A DNA stretch of 64,000 nucleotides from an uncultured Gemmatimonadales bacterium (GTDB lineage Bacteria; Gemmatimonadota; Gemmatimonadetes; Gemmatimonadales; GWC2-71-9), in assembly GCA_963828735.1 (NCBI GenBank), contig CAWHFW010000005.1, forward strand, positions 544,001-608,000. The letters run 5' to 3'. The notes under the pieces were generated by a model. The model saw only the letters and a list, made by a program, of their open reading frames with translations, was not told the DNA's origin and did not search any database. The position numbers were made by a program, and so were the translations under genes. Positions 31,264-43,972 of this stretch are shown here, piece by piece. Position 1 is the first letter of the stretch. Every line of letters starts with the position of its first letter.

Positions 31264-34200
31264 ATGTCTAGAAGGAAGGCAGTAGGATCCAAACGCGGAC
31301 CCAAGGCGAAGGCGGCTCGACAGGCCAAAGTCCCTGATGAGTCGGTGGCCCGCCGCGGCAGTGCCGTGTCCGCCACGGCCACTCCCAACAGATCGACCTC
31401 TATCCCCGGCACAACGGCCGTCATCACGGGCGGGCAGACCATCATTGACCCCGAACTGCCGGTGTTCGGCGCTGACCCCATCGCCAACTTCTTCGATGTG
31501 GGACGTCCGGGTCATGCCGTGGTGCGGCCGCAGGACTTGGTGGCGCTGCGGCTGGAGCTGCACAACCTGGTGGTGCAGCCCGGCAGCCCACCCGGCTAAA
31601 GAAGGCAAAGCCCGGCGTCGCATTCCTGGTGCTGCATTTCCCCCCGCAGGCCATCACCGAGGAAACCTTCTTCGAGACGCGTCCCGCGGGAACCAGAATC
31701 CGCCCCCGAAGCCCGGCGTCCCGGAAAAGCCCGAGCCCTCTGTCGAGGAGCTGTCCGGCCCTCCGGTGCGTGCGCGCATCGCGGGCGAGTCTCGCGTTGC
31801 TTACGCCGTGCCCGACGGATTCGACGTGGAATACACCCTGGAGGGGGTGCTCGCCGCCGTGGAAGGGCTCGCCCTCTCGGTACCCGCCAACGCAAAGCCC
31901 CCGGGCGCCGGTACGGGGCCCATCTCAATCGACGAGCTGTTCGCGCCCAACGTCAGCCTACTCTCCCGCGTCCCAACGTGCGGCGCTTTCCAGCTTCGCT
32001 GTGCGCACTCTGCGGATCGCCTTGGTTCAGGGCGACGCTACCACGGCGCGATTGCGTCAGGCGATCGGCGGACCGGGATTGCGTCGGCCGAGTCGCGCAC
32101 GTGCGAAGAACGTCGTCATCGATACGGGGGTGACGCCGGGCCCCGTCGTCTTGCGGCCGCGCAGCCTGCGGCCGGGCCTGCCCGGTCTATTGGAGACCGC
32201 CATCGAGCTACCCTGGCGGCTGCTCTTGAGCCCGCACAGCGCAGAACAGTGGCGTCACGCGAAAGCTCCGGTCATCTCGCCGGCCACCCATCGTACCGAA
32301 CTCTGGCATTCGAGGTTGGTGGGACCGCAGAGCAATGGTCCCATCATCGAGCCGCCGCGGCTGGACGCCCAGCGCACAGTGCGTGCGGTCTGGGCGCTGA
32401 CGGGGGAGGGTTCCACGCGAGCCATGGAGAGCGCGTTCCCAGCGACGCTGCCTAATCCGGCCACGAGTCCATTCCGAATGCCGCTGGATGACTTCGACCG
32501 CTTCCAGTTTGTGCACCTGTCGTCGAACTTCTCCAGCCCGCAGTACACGCCGACGGCAGTGGGGGTCAACCTGCTGATGCTCTCGGCGCTCGGCGGCTGG
32601 CTCGATTCGCGTAGCGAGTGGGATCCGCCGGCGGGCCTCTCAATAGAGGAGTGGGTACACCGGACAGGGATGGCACGCGACCACTCCGTGCGCGTCGTCT
32701 ACAAGGGTTTTCTGTTTCCGTTCGGCCACCGGGTGGCACTGGTCAAGGTGAGCGAACGCAAGTTCCACAACGGAGCGCTCAACGCCAACGGGCAGCCGAC
32801 CATCGAGCAAAAGGTTGGCAACACGGCGTACCTCCGGCAGCGTTTGTTCATCATCATACGCGAGCCCGAACGGCTCTTCGCCGATACGACGCTGACCAAC
32901 AAGACGGGCGCGGTTTTCTATCACCGGCAGCTACCTTTCTCCAGCATCCGCCTCCTCAACAAGGTTACGCCTAACCTGGACCGGCCGGACATCGCCCCCA
33001 GCCAGGTGCGGACCTCGGCCAGACCATGTTCTGGCCCTACGTGAACGGACAGCCGTTCCGCTTCCAGTGCGCCGCCACCGACCTGGACGGCCGCACACTG
33101 CGGTTCGACCTCCCGATGATTTTCATGGACAACACGCTGGTGAATCCCGGCCCCCTTACCACCGCGCCGAACTACGCTGAGGCGGAGGTGAATGCGCAGA
33201 CCGCCCGGACGGACTGGTGCTCCCCCGCGCGCGGCGGACTACGCGTCGCCAAGTTCATGCAGCAGAGCGTAGCGCTGGCGCAGAGCGTCAAGGCTGGCGA
33301 TACCACGGTGCAGGCTAACGAGGTCAGCTTCGACGCCGAAGTTGATCCCGGCAACGAGAAGCTGCGGACCTACAGTGCCAAGCTCTCACGTCCCGTGTTC
33401 TATCCGAAGGTCGACGAGGCCTACGTCCGGCTCGCCGCGCTCGCCCAGCTCACCGGGAGCGCGAAGAACAACAAAGTGGTATGGAACGCCCATTACCTGC
33501 AGTACGGCTTCGCTGCCAGCAACCAGGGCCAGGTATTTGCAGAGGTAGTCGCAGAGCCTGGCATGGCGAAGCTCGACTTTTCCACCCAGGGCGACCGCTC
33601 CGGCGGATTTGTTCAGCCTAACCTGACGCCGAGCGCCATCTCGAGGCTGACCGGCCCGGTCGCCGGCAAGGTTAGTGACTTTATCACCGGCAACTTTAAG
33701 GGTGTCGACGCGTTCCCGGCTACCATCTCCGACCTGCCGCTGCCGCTGCTGTTCGGCTGCATTCCGCTAGGCGAAGTCCTCGAAGCGGTGAGCAATTTCG
33801 GGAGTAAACCTGAGCAGGTGCCCAGGTTTGCTTCCGAGGCCAGCACCCAGGTCGAAGACTTCATCAATGGCCTCGGGCGGCTATTCGATCTCGTCTCCAA
33901 GTTGTCCGACCAGCCGGGGCGTATCGCCGACGCGGCCATCGTGGCGGCCAAAAGCACACTGCAGGACCTGATCGCCCAAGCGCAGGCCTACGCTGCACCC
34001 TTGGTGGCTGATGCCCAGACTCGCATCAACCAGCTCGTCACAGCGCTTAACGCCCTGGCAACCCAGGTGCAGTTGCTCATCGACACGACAATCGAGAGCG
34101 CGCCGGCATTGCCCGGCCTTCCCGGCGCCATCAACGGTGTAAAGATGGCGGTCACCAATTTGCGCAGTGCTGCCAATGCTCAGGTGGGCGGCGTGTCACT

Positions 34201-35630
34201 GCCCTCGGGCTACGGCGCTCCCTCCCTGCAGCCGCCGACCGTCTCGAGGCCTTCGCCAGTGACGTTGCGACAGTCACGACGCTGCTGACCCAGGGGAAGG
34301 CACTCTACGCTGCGCTCGACGCCATCGTCGGCCATCCCGACCAGATCGGCACGTGCTTTCGGACCCGGCGCCGCTCAAGACCAGGCTGCAGGCGGTGGAG
34401 GTCGCGATCACGCCGATGCCTGCCACGCTGATGAGCTTCCGCCTGCTGGAAGGCGCACCGCGCCAAGCAATGCTGAATGCCATCGACGTCGTGCTGCAGG
34501 TCCTGGGCGCAGTGGACGACCTGCTGAAGCTGCTGGAGATGCTTACCGGCGACGAGCTAACCATCCGCTTCGACTGGAACCCGACGATTTCCAATTGGGG
34601 CGCTGCCCGGCGGCGACCCAAACGCCGACGCGTTGTTCCGCGCCAACGACAAGCATGGCTTCCTGGTGGCGGTCGAGGCCAAGGTCAAGAAGAACGGCCC
34701 GAGCGCGCCCAAGATCAGCGTGGTCTGCGGGCTCAAGCAGTTCGACCTGGTGCTGATCGCACCCGGGAGCTTCCTCGAGCTCAATTTCGAGAAGGTCGAG
34801 TTCAGCGTGACGCGCGGCGAGGGATGCGGACGTCGACGTCCTCCTCACGGACATCAAGTTCGTCGGGCCGCTTGAGCTTCGTCGAGGCCCTGCGCGACCT
34901 GATCCCCGCTCGACGGTTTCTCCGATCCACCGTTTCTCGACATCGCGGCCCAGGGCATCGATGCCGGGTGCTTCGGGTGGCGGGCTTCCGGCGTCTCGAT
35001 TGGAGTCTGTCGACCTCGAGCGAACCTGAGCCTTGGGGCCGGCTTCACCGTGCCCTTCATCGGCCAGCCGCTCAGCGTGCGTTTCAACTTCTGCACCCGC
35101 GAGCAGCCGTTCATTGCCTCACCGTGGCACATCTTCGGCGGCGGCGGCTCCTTCGGCGTCACCCTCGATCCGCACGGGATCCAGATCCTGGAGGCGTCGT
35201 TCGAGTTCGGCGCCAGCATCTCGATCGACCTCGGCGTCGCCTCCGGCGGCGTCCACGTGATGGCGGGCATGTACTTCCACATGGAGAGACGGCCTGTGCA
35301 CTCACCGGCTACTTCCGCCTGGGCGGCCACGTGACGTGCTCGGCATCATCACCGCCTCGCTTCGAGCTCTATCTCGAGCTCAATTCGAGTTCCAGAGCGG
35401 CAAGTGCACCGGCAAGGCGCAGCTCACGATCGAGAAGTTTCGCTCTTCATCTTCTCGGGCAGCGTCACCGTCTCCTGCGAGCGCAAGTTCGCCGGCTCCG
35501 ATGGCGACCCCCGACGCTGCGCGAGCTTCTGGGCTTCCGCTCCGACCTGCCCCTCGCCGACAGGACTGGGCCTGATCGACGCCAACACCGCGTACGCTTG
35601 GCGGGAGCACCTTTGCGAGCGTTCGCCTGA
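31264..35630 (+). CDS. Giant hypothetical protein A (~1450 aa, many frameshifts): helical middle, beta-rich C-terminus
   Basis: Protein-like segments chain across ORFs 31249, 31629/31337, 33026, 34353, 34633, 35050, 35336 and 35404 to TGA at 35630. Confidence 0.7.
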
Positions 35631-35642
35631 GAGACCTGGGAC

Positions 35643-38600
35643 ATGGCCCAAGAAGAATCCTCTGGACCGTGCTGCCCCTCGGACGGGTGCCCGGCGGACC
35701 TTCGCCGGACGCTTGCGGGTGAGCATCGTGGTGTCGCCGCGGCTCACCCCCAAGGCCCGCCGACGAGCAGATGCTGAAAGCCTTCCCTGAGGTTCTCGAC
35801 TGGCCGCACACGCTGCGCAATGTCGAGCTCCGGCTGCGCGTGGGCCACGGCTCGCGTAAGGCTGGAACGCGGTCGGCGTCTCAGCGCCGCGCCTGTCGGG
35901 AGCGGCTGTTCGGGCCGACGACGCCGGTGGCCGGGTTCGTGTTCGGCGGACATCGAGCAAGGCCAACCTGCGATCCGTACGCCGTGCGCAACGTGCTGGG
36001 CCTCGTGCGCCAGCACTCCGGCACACTCGCCGTCCAGGCCGCCTGCGCCCATCCTACCCTGCTGCCCTGGCGCGATGCGCATCCCCATCCTCAAGGACAT
36101 GCTGGGCGCGCTTGGAACGCGTACGGTCCCGGCGATCAGTGATGACGGCGTCGGATCGACGTGCCGCTGCCCGGCTTCGATCGCTTCTTCGACGAGCCGG
36201 CGGTGCGAGTCTCGAGCGCCAAGCTGGAAATGGTCTTCGGCCCGGACAGCATCTATGCCGGTGCGGCGGTCGGGATCGGCTCTGATCCCACGGCAATCCG
36301 CAGCCGGGCGGTAGCTCTAGCGCTCCGCGTGCTGCCCCCCGACTGGCACGACCCGGCGAATGGCGGACCCGACGTAGTGATGACGCAGTTCTCGTCCGCC
36401 GATGAGTATACGTTCTATCAGGCCAACCGCTTTTACCGCCGCGAGCCGCCGAGCGACGCCGAGCGCGAGATGCGCCGCCGGACCTGAACAGATTCCGCCA
36501 CCGCCCAAGCCGCCGGAATACGACTTCCATCGCATGGTCGCGTCCTATGCCGACTACCCGAGCTACTGCGGGCGCTCGGCCTGGTGATCGACTGCGCGCT
36601 GAAGAACGACTCGCCCATCGACCCGCACTCGCCGCAGCGGCACCACCAAGAGCCTGATGTCGCGTCGAGTCAGAGTGGTCGAACCACCACAACGCCGCTG
36701 ACGACCGCCGCGCCCTGACCGCCTGGCGGGCCGACAAGGAGCGCTTCACGACGCGCGCGCGCCGGGCGATCTCCACCGCGGCCTGCTCGACTCGGGCATT
36801 CCGACGACAGCTGGGGACTCTCAACCGGGAGCCAGGCCTGTTCGATGTCTACCAGGTCGATCCCGACGGCACGGCGCTCAAGACGGTCTTTCCCGCTCAG
36901 CGCACAGAACCTGGTGGCGAGGAGCTTGAAGCCGGCCGCCGATGGCGAGGTCACCTACACCACCGGCGACAAGCAACCGGTGGCGGCGCTGCGGTCGGGC
37001 GGGCTCGGCGTATCCCGGCATGGCCGCGCCGCCCAGGTGGCGCAGGATGCCGCCGCGGCCGACCTCAAGGACCAGGCGGTCGAGGCCGGCAACGGCGCCA
37101 AGGTGGTGTTCTTTGCCGAAGACGTGCTGCGCGGCTACCGCGTCGACGTGGCAGCTGCCCGACGCGGTCAAGGGGCAAGGTGGCACACCCTGTGCGCGCG
37201 ACGGCACCTATCGCCTGATCGAGACCGAGCGAGACCATCCCTTGCCGGCGGACGAAGGCTACGTGTCGGGCGCCTCGACCACCAGCACGCGCCAGTCCCG
37301 GCGTCAATCCCGACGACCACTACCTGCACGAATCGATGTTCCGCTGGACCGGCTGGAGCTTGTGCACGCCGCGGCCGGGACTGACCCTGCAGGCCAAGCC
37401 GGTGCCCGGCACGCAGCTGCAGAGCGAAGAGCCCGACGCAGGTTACGGACCAGGCGACGCAGGGGCAGCGGCGTGGCCGCCATCTTCAAGGCGCGAGAAG
37501 GGGACGCTGCCGCGGCTGCGCTTCGGCCAGCTCTACCGCTTCCGCGCCCGCGTCGTGGACCTCGCCGGCAATAGCCTTGCCCGCGACGACAAGACGCTCG
37601 GCGACCTGGAGAATGCCAGCGACGCCACCGGCTACTGGCGCTTCGAGCCGGTCGATCCGCCGGCCATGGTGCAGCGCGCGCGCCTGAGCGAGGGCGAAGC
37701 GCTGGAGCGCATGGTGATCCGCAGCAACTACAACGCCACCACCACGACCTATCTCACTACCGCCGACTTCGCTGCGGCAATCGCCCTGCCGGAATCAGAA
37801 GGATTACGTATACCTGCGCTCAATGAACGCCATCTGGTGCCGCCGAAGTCCTCGCAACTGCAATGCGAGCAGCACGGCCTGTTCGATCCGTTCTTCACTG
37901 ACCCGACGAGGATCAAGGACGGTTACGCAATCGCCAGCCGGGAAGCCGGCACCCTCTACGATCTGGCCACCGGGATCGACTGGTCACACCGGCCTCGCTG
38001 AAGAGGGTGGCGACCACGACGTCCGTGCCGCCGGCGCTGCCCTCGCCGGACAATCCCGTCGGCGATCGCCTGAGCGGCGGCCAGTACGTCATTCACCGCG
38101 AAGCAACGATGACGACGCCTTACCTGCCCGATGCTGCGGCCGGCGGCGTGGCGCTGCGTGGGCTGCCTGGGCATAGCCTGCCGGGCGTCACGGGCCCCAT
38201 GGTGCTCGGACCGAGCGCGGCGGTGGTGCGGGCGAAGAACGAGGACTTGGTGCTGCTTGTAGCCCACGCTGGAGACTGGCCCGATTCCCAAGGCTTTCGC
38301 CTCGTGCTGGCGGAGCGCAAGGCGCAGCTTTCGGACCCCCCCTGCGCTCGATTTTTGCCGACGAAGGCGCGCCAGAGTGGAAAGAGGACACTCGCGAGCT
38401 CAAGCTGTTCATTCCCAAGGGCCGTATCGTGCGCCTGCGCTACTCAAGCTTCGTGCATAGGGATTTCCTCGGACCACTGCCGGCTTGCTCGATTGGGTGG
38501 ACTCCTCCGGAGAGCGGGACTTCGTACGTGGCATGGCCCAAGCGGGTTGCGGCTATATGATCACACCATATCGCGCTCTGACGATGGTTCATGCGACCCA

Positions 38601-40259
38601 GCAGCCGGTGTGCCAGCCGACATTCCTCGGATTGCAGGCCAATCGTGCCCTGGGGGATCAGCACGCCACGCTAGTGAGCCGAATCCGCTTGCACGGCCCG
38701 AGCACCGGCAAGTTCGAGATCGAGGCGGAATGGGACGAGTGGGTGGATGACCTGGACAAGACGGAACCCCGGCTCATCACCTCCCGCGGTGCGCTGGGCG
38801 AACTGCTACTAGCTGAGAACCACGAAGACGTGTTCAGCTTAGATGAGGCGGTTGATGCCCAGATGCATGACCCGAAGCGACCGCGGGCTCGCGGGGACCG
38901 CCACGAGTTCGGCGACACGAGGTTCCGCCTGATTCGCTACACCCTGCGCGCGACGACACGCTTTCGCGAGTACCTGCCCGAAGCACTGTACACGGTGCGC
39001 GACCAGGTCACGCGCGTCGGTCCCATCGCCTACGGACCAGCGATGAGCGTGGCCGATGACGCCGGGGCACCGGTGCTGAAAGTCGGTGCCGGGGCCCGGC
39101 CCAGAACACCATAGTCCCGGCTAGCGCGCCCCCTGACGAGCCGCGCCCGCTGTACACAGTGCCGACCTTCCGCTGGCGCGAAACGCCCAGCGGGGACGCG
39201 CTCGACAGCACGCGCGAGGGTAATGGCCTGCGCGTGTGGTTGGAGCGACCGTGGTTTTCCTCAGGCACCGGCGAACTGCTTGGGGTCGTGATCCTGGGCG
39301 ACAACAGGCCGTTCACTGAGATCAACAACAAGCTCGTGCCACTGGTGACGCAATGGGGCCTCGACCCCTTGTGGGACACCGCGCTGCCGAAGCATCGCAC
39401 GCGGGTGAGCGATTTCCCGACGCACGTGGCGGCCGAGCTGGTCCATCTGCGGGAACTCGAGGCCGAGCAAGTGCACGTGGTCGGGCACCGGGTGCATTGG
39501 GATTCCGTGCGCGGCCTGTGGTACTGCGACATTGAGCTCGACCCTGGGCACAGCTATATGCCCTTCGTGCGGCTCGCGCTGGTTCGCTATCAACCTAATG
39601 CCCTGGCGTCAGCGAAGATCTCGAATGTGGTGCTGGCCGACTTTGCGCAGGTGCTGCCGCGGCGCCGCGCATCGTTTCGCCGGCACGGGACGCCGCTGGA
39701 GTTCGGCCTTTACGGCATTGTGCCGGATCGCGGACCAATGGCGTTCCCACTGGACTCGGTGTACCAGGACATCTCCTTCAGTGCAGGGATGGGTCAGGCC
39801 GTCGAGACGGGGCGTAACAAGGTCGAGCTAGTGCTACAGGCGCAGGAACCTGCACTCGACAGCGACCTGGCGTGGAGCGATGTGAGGGTGCTTAGCTCAA
39901 ACTTGGTGGGCCCGGTAGCCGGAGGCATCATCGGTGGTGCGGCCACCACTGGCGATCACCTGAAACGGCGCATCGACTTGGGGACGGCCGTCGACCTCGG
40001 CAGCATAAGTGCGCTCGATGCGACGACTGCGGTGGGTGTGGGGGGCCAGGAAGAGGTCATCGCCGACCCAATCGAATCAGCGCTTTTTCAGAGCAGCGTG
40101 ACCCTTCCGGACACCGGCGGGAAGCCCGCTCGCGTGGTGGCGCGCGAGTACGAGCGTTACTACACAGACCGCACGGTCCCCGAAGACCGCGCCGGGGCAA
40201 CGCGCCGCAGGCGCGTCGTGGAGGAACGACTGGTCTACACGGCGTTCTTCGGCCTCTGA
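35643..40259 (+). CDS. Giant hypothetical protein B (~1540 aa, many frameshifts) with FN3/Ig-like segments
   Basis: ATG 12 nt after the gene A stop; segments chain through ORFs 35771, 36161, 36845, 37336, 38007, 38485 and 39159. Confidence 0.7.
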
Positions 40260-40780
40260 CACCGCCAACGCTGCGGCCGGCCGGCGCGGGGCAGGTTGGC
40301 GATCGCGAGCGGCGCTGTCTGAGCGGTAGGCGGGCAGCGGCCCCTCGGAACTTCGCATACCGTCGATCCGAAGCTCTCCTAGGCGAGGAAGGTCGGCAGT
40401 ATACCACATGCCACCAACCCTATGCCCGGGGGTCAACGTTCGCACTGGAGTTGGGGCCTACCATGAATCGAGGCACGCACGAACACTTCTGTGTACGCTA
40501 GCGCACCAATCTTGCCCGCTCCCATCCTGCCAATACCGGACAATTTGTCTTGACGCCTCAGGTACCGCCCCCTACCCTAGCGCACACCTGAACAAGGGTA
40601 CACCCGGCGAATGCCGCGGCTGTGAAGCTGCGGGGTCTCGTCGGGGTTCAGAAAGCTCCGTCATCACTCCGGCATGTAGGGGGCTGCACCCGGCAGCCTC
40701 CTACTCGGCCCCACACTTCAACAGCAGGCCATTCGGCAGCTTGCGGTCATACTGCACATCGACGAGAAGGCGAGGACAGG

Positions 40781-42444
40781 ATGGGCATCTGGCTTCTTGA
40801 CTACACAACTGCGGGCCTGCCAAACGGCGGCAGCACGAAGTACTTCAGGTTTTGGTACGACAAGAGTCTCAGCGTCCCGGCGGGGCTAGAACTCACCAAG
40901 GAGATCATGAGCTCTTGCGACTCGGACTTCCTCCTCATGTCTTCGTGGTTTCCAGGAGTCTCAATACCTTATCCAATAAATGTCTTCGTTACTCCAGAGA
41001 CCGGGGGCGCTCGTTGGCTCGGGTTTGGGTTTATCACCCCACTTCAGGTGTTCGTTGGCATGGGAGAACAAGCATTAATACCCCGACCGTTGTTCGCCAG
41101 ATATTTACTCGTCTGTGAAGTCACGGAAATGTTTATGCGTGAGAACTTCATGCGAGGCTGGTTCTCAAGCTTCAGCGAAGGCAGCAAGGGCGAAGCGCTG
41201 GGGCGGGTTTCTTGGAGCCACGTTCTTGAAGCTGCAGGGCCACTGCTATGTTCCGGAAAAGTTTCGCGCAGCGGCGAAGTGGCTAACCAGTGCCCGTGAC
41301 AAAAATCATATCGATAATCCCACGGATGACATCCAACCCAACGAGATCGTAGGCTGCGGAACCCTCTTCCTGTTTTACTTTGCATGACCCCCACTCGGCT
41401 TTAGCGTCAACAAGATCATCGCCAATGGTGGCCTCACGCTTGGGACGGTCTACCGTAACTTGACAGGGCGCACGGATGGCTGGACATCCTTCCGCGACCT
41501 CGTCAATCAGTACTATCCACCCGGCCCTGACTACGACCCCATTTGTGAGACCCTCTACTTGCAGTATCTGACCTGACTGCGGCACCGGCACAAAGGGAGA
41601 CTCACTGGGTAACCAACTGCGAGTTCAATCGAGTGTTCCTGACTCTACTGCCTGCACTCCAGGTCGACGTCACTGTAACGCTCGCGAGTCTTAACCAGGG
41701 CGTAATTACGGTCCCTGCAACGGTTGTGATTCCTCGGAACCAAACCTCGGTCTGGTTCGACTTCACCGTGCTGCCGCAGGCAGCAAGATTCACCAGTCGG
41801 GATGTGGAACTGACCGCCCGGTGGGCCGAGAAAGTCATTGCTTGGAAGATCACAGTCGTACGGCCGGAAGCCCTCAGGGTAAGCCCACTCCTGATTGCGC
41901 CGAAGCCACCCGAAAACCCCTGTACTCAGATCCTAATCGAGGGCAGCGAGCAGGAATTCATTATTGCCAACCTCGATGTCATTTGCCGCCACAACAACCT
42001 CGTATATGAGTGGTCAGTAGACGGGGCGGTGCCAGTTGCAACCGACCGACCAGTGTTGACCATCGCAAGCCTGCCGCGTGCAGGATCAGAGGTCACCATC
42101 AAGGTCACTGTAAGCAATGCGGACAAAATCCACTCATCAGGAGGCTTCACATTCACCACGAGTGGCAAAGAGACGGGGTTGGACTCGCTGGAGCGCTACG
42201 GTTGAATGCTATCTGTAGAAGATTTAAGAACATGAATGCTAGCGTCGCTCCGTGGGTCCCTGTTCAAAGAGCAGAACGCGAGCACTACAACCAGCAGCTT
42301 GAAACGATTGAAAGCCAAGCACGTCAAGTGATCCGTGCCGCTGAAGACGTGATCGGATCTATCGATAATGTAGGAGGTTGGCAATTCGACGGGCTGATGG
42401 CTAGCGGACCCATGTTAAGGTGCTTTGTGGCCGGGGACGCCTAG
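40781..42444 (+). CDS. Hypothetical protein: putative metallopeptidase-like N-domain plus Ig-like domains (frameshifted)
   Basis: RYLLVCEVTEMFM...EGSKGEAL, GCGTLFLFY, then VTVTLAS..VITVPATVVIP; ORFs 40622, 41115, 41633 and 42010. Confidence 0.55.
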
Positions 42445-42708
42445 CGCGCAAGGCCGCGGCGCGGCGCGACCCTTGTGGCCATGTTTGGCGCGGGGTTCGG
42501 GCAGCGCCCCTGACACGGACTTGGAGTGAGCTCAAGCTCGCCTGGAGTTCAGCTTTACGGGAGGGAGTGGTCGGCGCGTCTGCTGTAGCGGGACGCGGAG
42601 GCATGGCGGATTAGACCGCGTGGAACTAGCGTGTACGGGGATACGGGACCTGGCTCGTCTTGGAAGTGCAGATCCAATACAAGTTAGGCAGCGAGGACAA
42701 GACAGACT

Positions 42709-43275
42709 ATGGCGCTCCGCAAATTGCCGTTCAATACCGCGGCCCCTGCCGTACGGCGATTTCTGTCAAGTCCCGAAGACGACGAAACGATTGATCTCAT
42801 TCGTCGACTTCGCTCGGCGCGGAAGCGCGGCTACTTGCGACCATCCGATCTGGAAGCGATCTGCTATTGGAAATCGCCTCGAGCAATCCAGCTGATCCGA
42901 AGCAATCCTCCTTCGGCGATTCGCTCTGCAACTCGAGCTGCGCTGGCGACTCGGAGTGAGCGGCAACGGCTGGAGCACTTGCGCGGTTTGCGCGGCGTTT
43001 CAGTGCCGATGGCTTCCTCCATTCTCATGTTCGTTGATCCGAAGCGTTATGGCGTAATCGACATCCGTGTCTGGGGCTTACTTCACAAGCTCGGCACGGT
43101 TTCAAAGAATTCTTCCGGTGTCGGATTCACCTTTCGAAATTGGTACCAATTCCTGATGATTATTCGGTATTTCGCGAGAAAATTCCGTTGCAATGCGAGG
43201 GATGTCGAGAGAGCTCTATTCGTCGCGCACAAGGAGTATCAAAAGGGCACGTTGTACAACTGGAAGTCGGGCTGA
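42709..43275 (+). CDS. Integron cassette gene: HhH/DNA glycosylase-like hypothetical protein
   Basis: LRGLRGVSVPMASSIL...YGVIDIRVW; flanked by GTTAGGC and attC. Confidence 0.65.
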   Translation: MALRKLPFNTAAPAVRRFLSSPEDDETIDLIRRLRSARKRGYLRPSDLEAICYWKSPRAIQLIRSNPPSAIRSATRAALATRSERQRLEHLRGLRGVSVPMASSILMFVDPKRYGVIDIRVWGLLHKLGTVSKNSSGVGFTFRNWYQFLMIIRYFARKFRCNARDVERALFVAHKEYQKGTLYNWKSG

Positions 43276-43280
43276 CGCCG

Positions 43281-43380
43281 CTGCCTAACACGCGCTTGCA
43301 GCCGGTGAAGGCGCGGCGCAGGCCTGCAACGAAGCGAGGTCCAGGGGCGCCTTCGCGGCTGAAGCGCAGGCGCTAGGCAG
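43281..43380 (+). mobile_element. Integron attC site
   Basis: CTGCCTAAC...GCTAGGCAG ends; GCGCTTgCAGCCG pairs with CGGCTGAAGCGC leaving an extrahelical base; inner GAAGGCGC/GCGCCTTC stem. Confidence 0.85.
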
Positions 43381-43393
43381 ACAACGGAGTGCG

Positions 43394-43972
43394 ATGGTCA
43401 ATCTCGCCAACTATTACGACGAGTGGAGGACAAGCCAGCACGGATGCCGTCGGTGCGACTGGGTTGGTCCGGGCACAGCCTTGGTGATCGGTGAGGTCTT
43501 TGCCGAACTGACTGAATTCGACTGTCCCAGTTGCGGCGAAAAACTCCTGCTCGTCGGGCACCCAAGTACTCAGGAATCGCGCGACAATTGGGAGAAGTTG
43601 GATGATGGTGAACGGCGGCATGTCGAAGCCATCGAACGATTCCGCGACCAGTTCCAACATGAGAAGTTGAGGTCCGCCGACGATTTGCCGGATGTGTCGG
43701 CCGACCAGTTCGCAGTCATTTGGGATTTTGTGAACGATGACCCCTCCAACTCGCGGACCGTAATGAAAGTGGGTGATCGCGTTCTCTTCAGCGAGCCGGC
43801 CGTGTACGAGGGCTACGAGCGTTTCGCGGAAGTGGCGCGGATTCTAAAGGCGAAATACGGTTCGCACGTCAAGGATCTCATTCCGACCGAACGAAGCCGC
43901 TTGTACTTGTATGGAGACCGGCTCAGCGCTCTGGAATTCATTGACAGAGTCCGTCGGGAGTTATCTTCATGA
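43394..43972 (+). CDS. Hypothetical protein with zinc-ribbon motif (probable second cassette gene)
   Basis: CRRC...CPSC; starts 13 nt after attC. Confidence 0.7.
   Translation: MVNLANYYDEWRTSQHGCRRCDWVGPGTALVIGEVFAELTEFDCPSCGEKLLLVGHPSTQESRDNWEKLDDGERRHVEAIERFRDQFQHEKLRSADDLPDVSADQFAVIWDFVNDDPSNSRTVMKVGDRVLFSEPAVYEGYERFAEVARILKAKYGSHVKDLIPTERSRLYLYGDRLSALEFIDRVRRELSS

Noticed and set aside
31264..31330. Tat signal in MSRRKAV
   Set aside because: No FL consensus and no hydrophobic h-region
31264..40259. Programmed frameshifting or true pseudogenisation of A and B
   Set aside because: Similar indels hit ordinary genes (BamA-like, hemolysin), so sequencing error is more likely; this cannot be settled without reads
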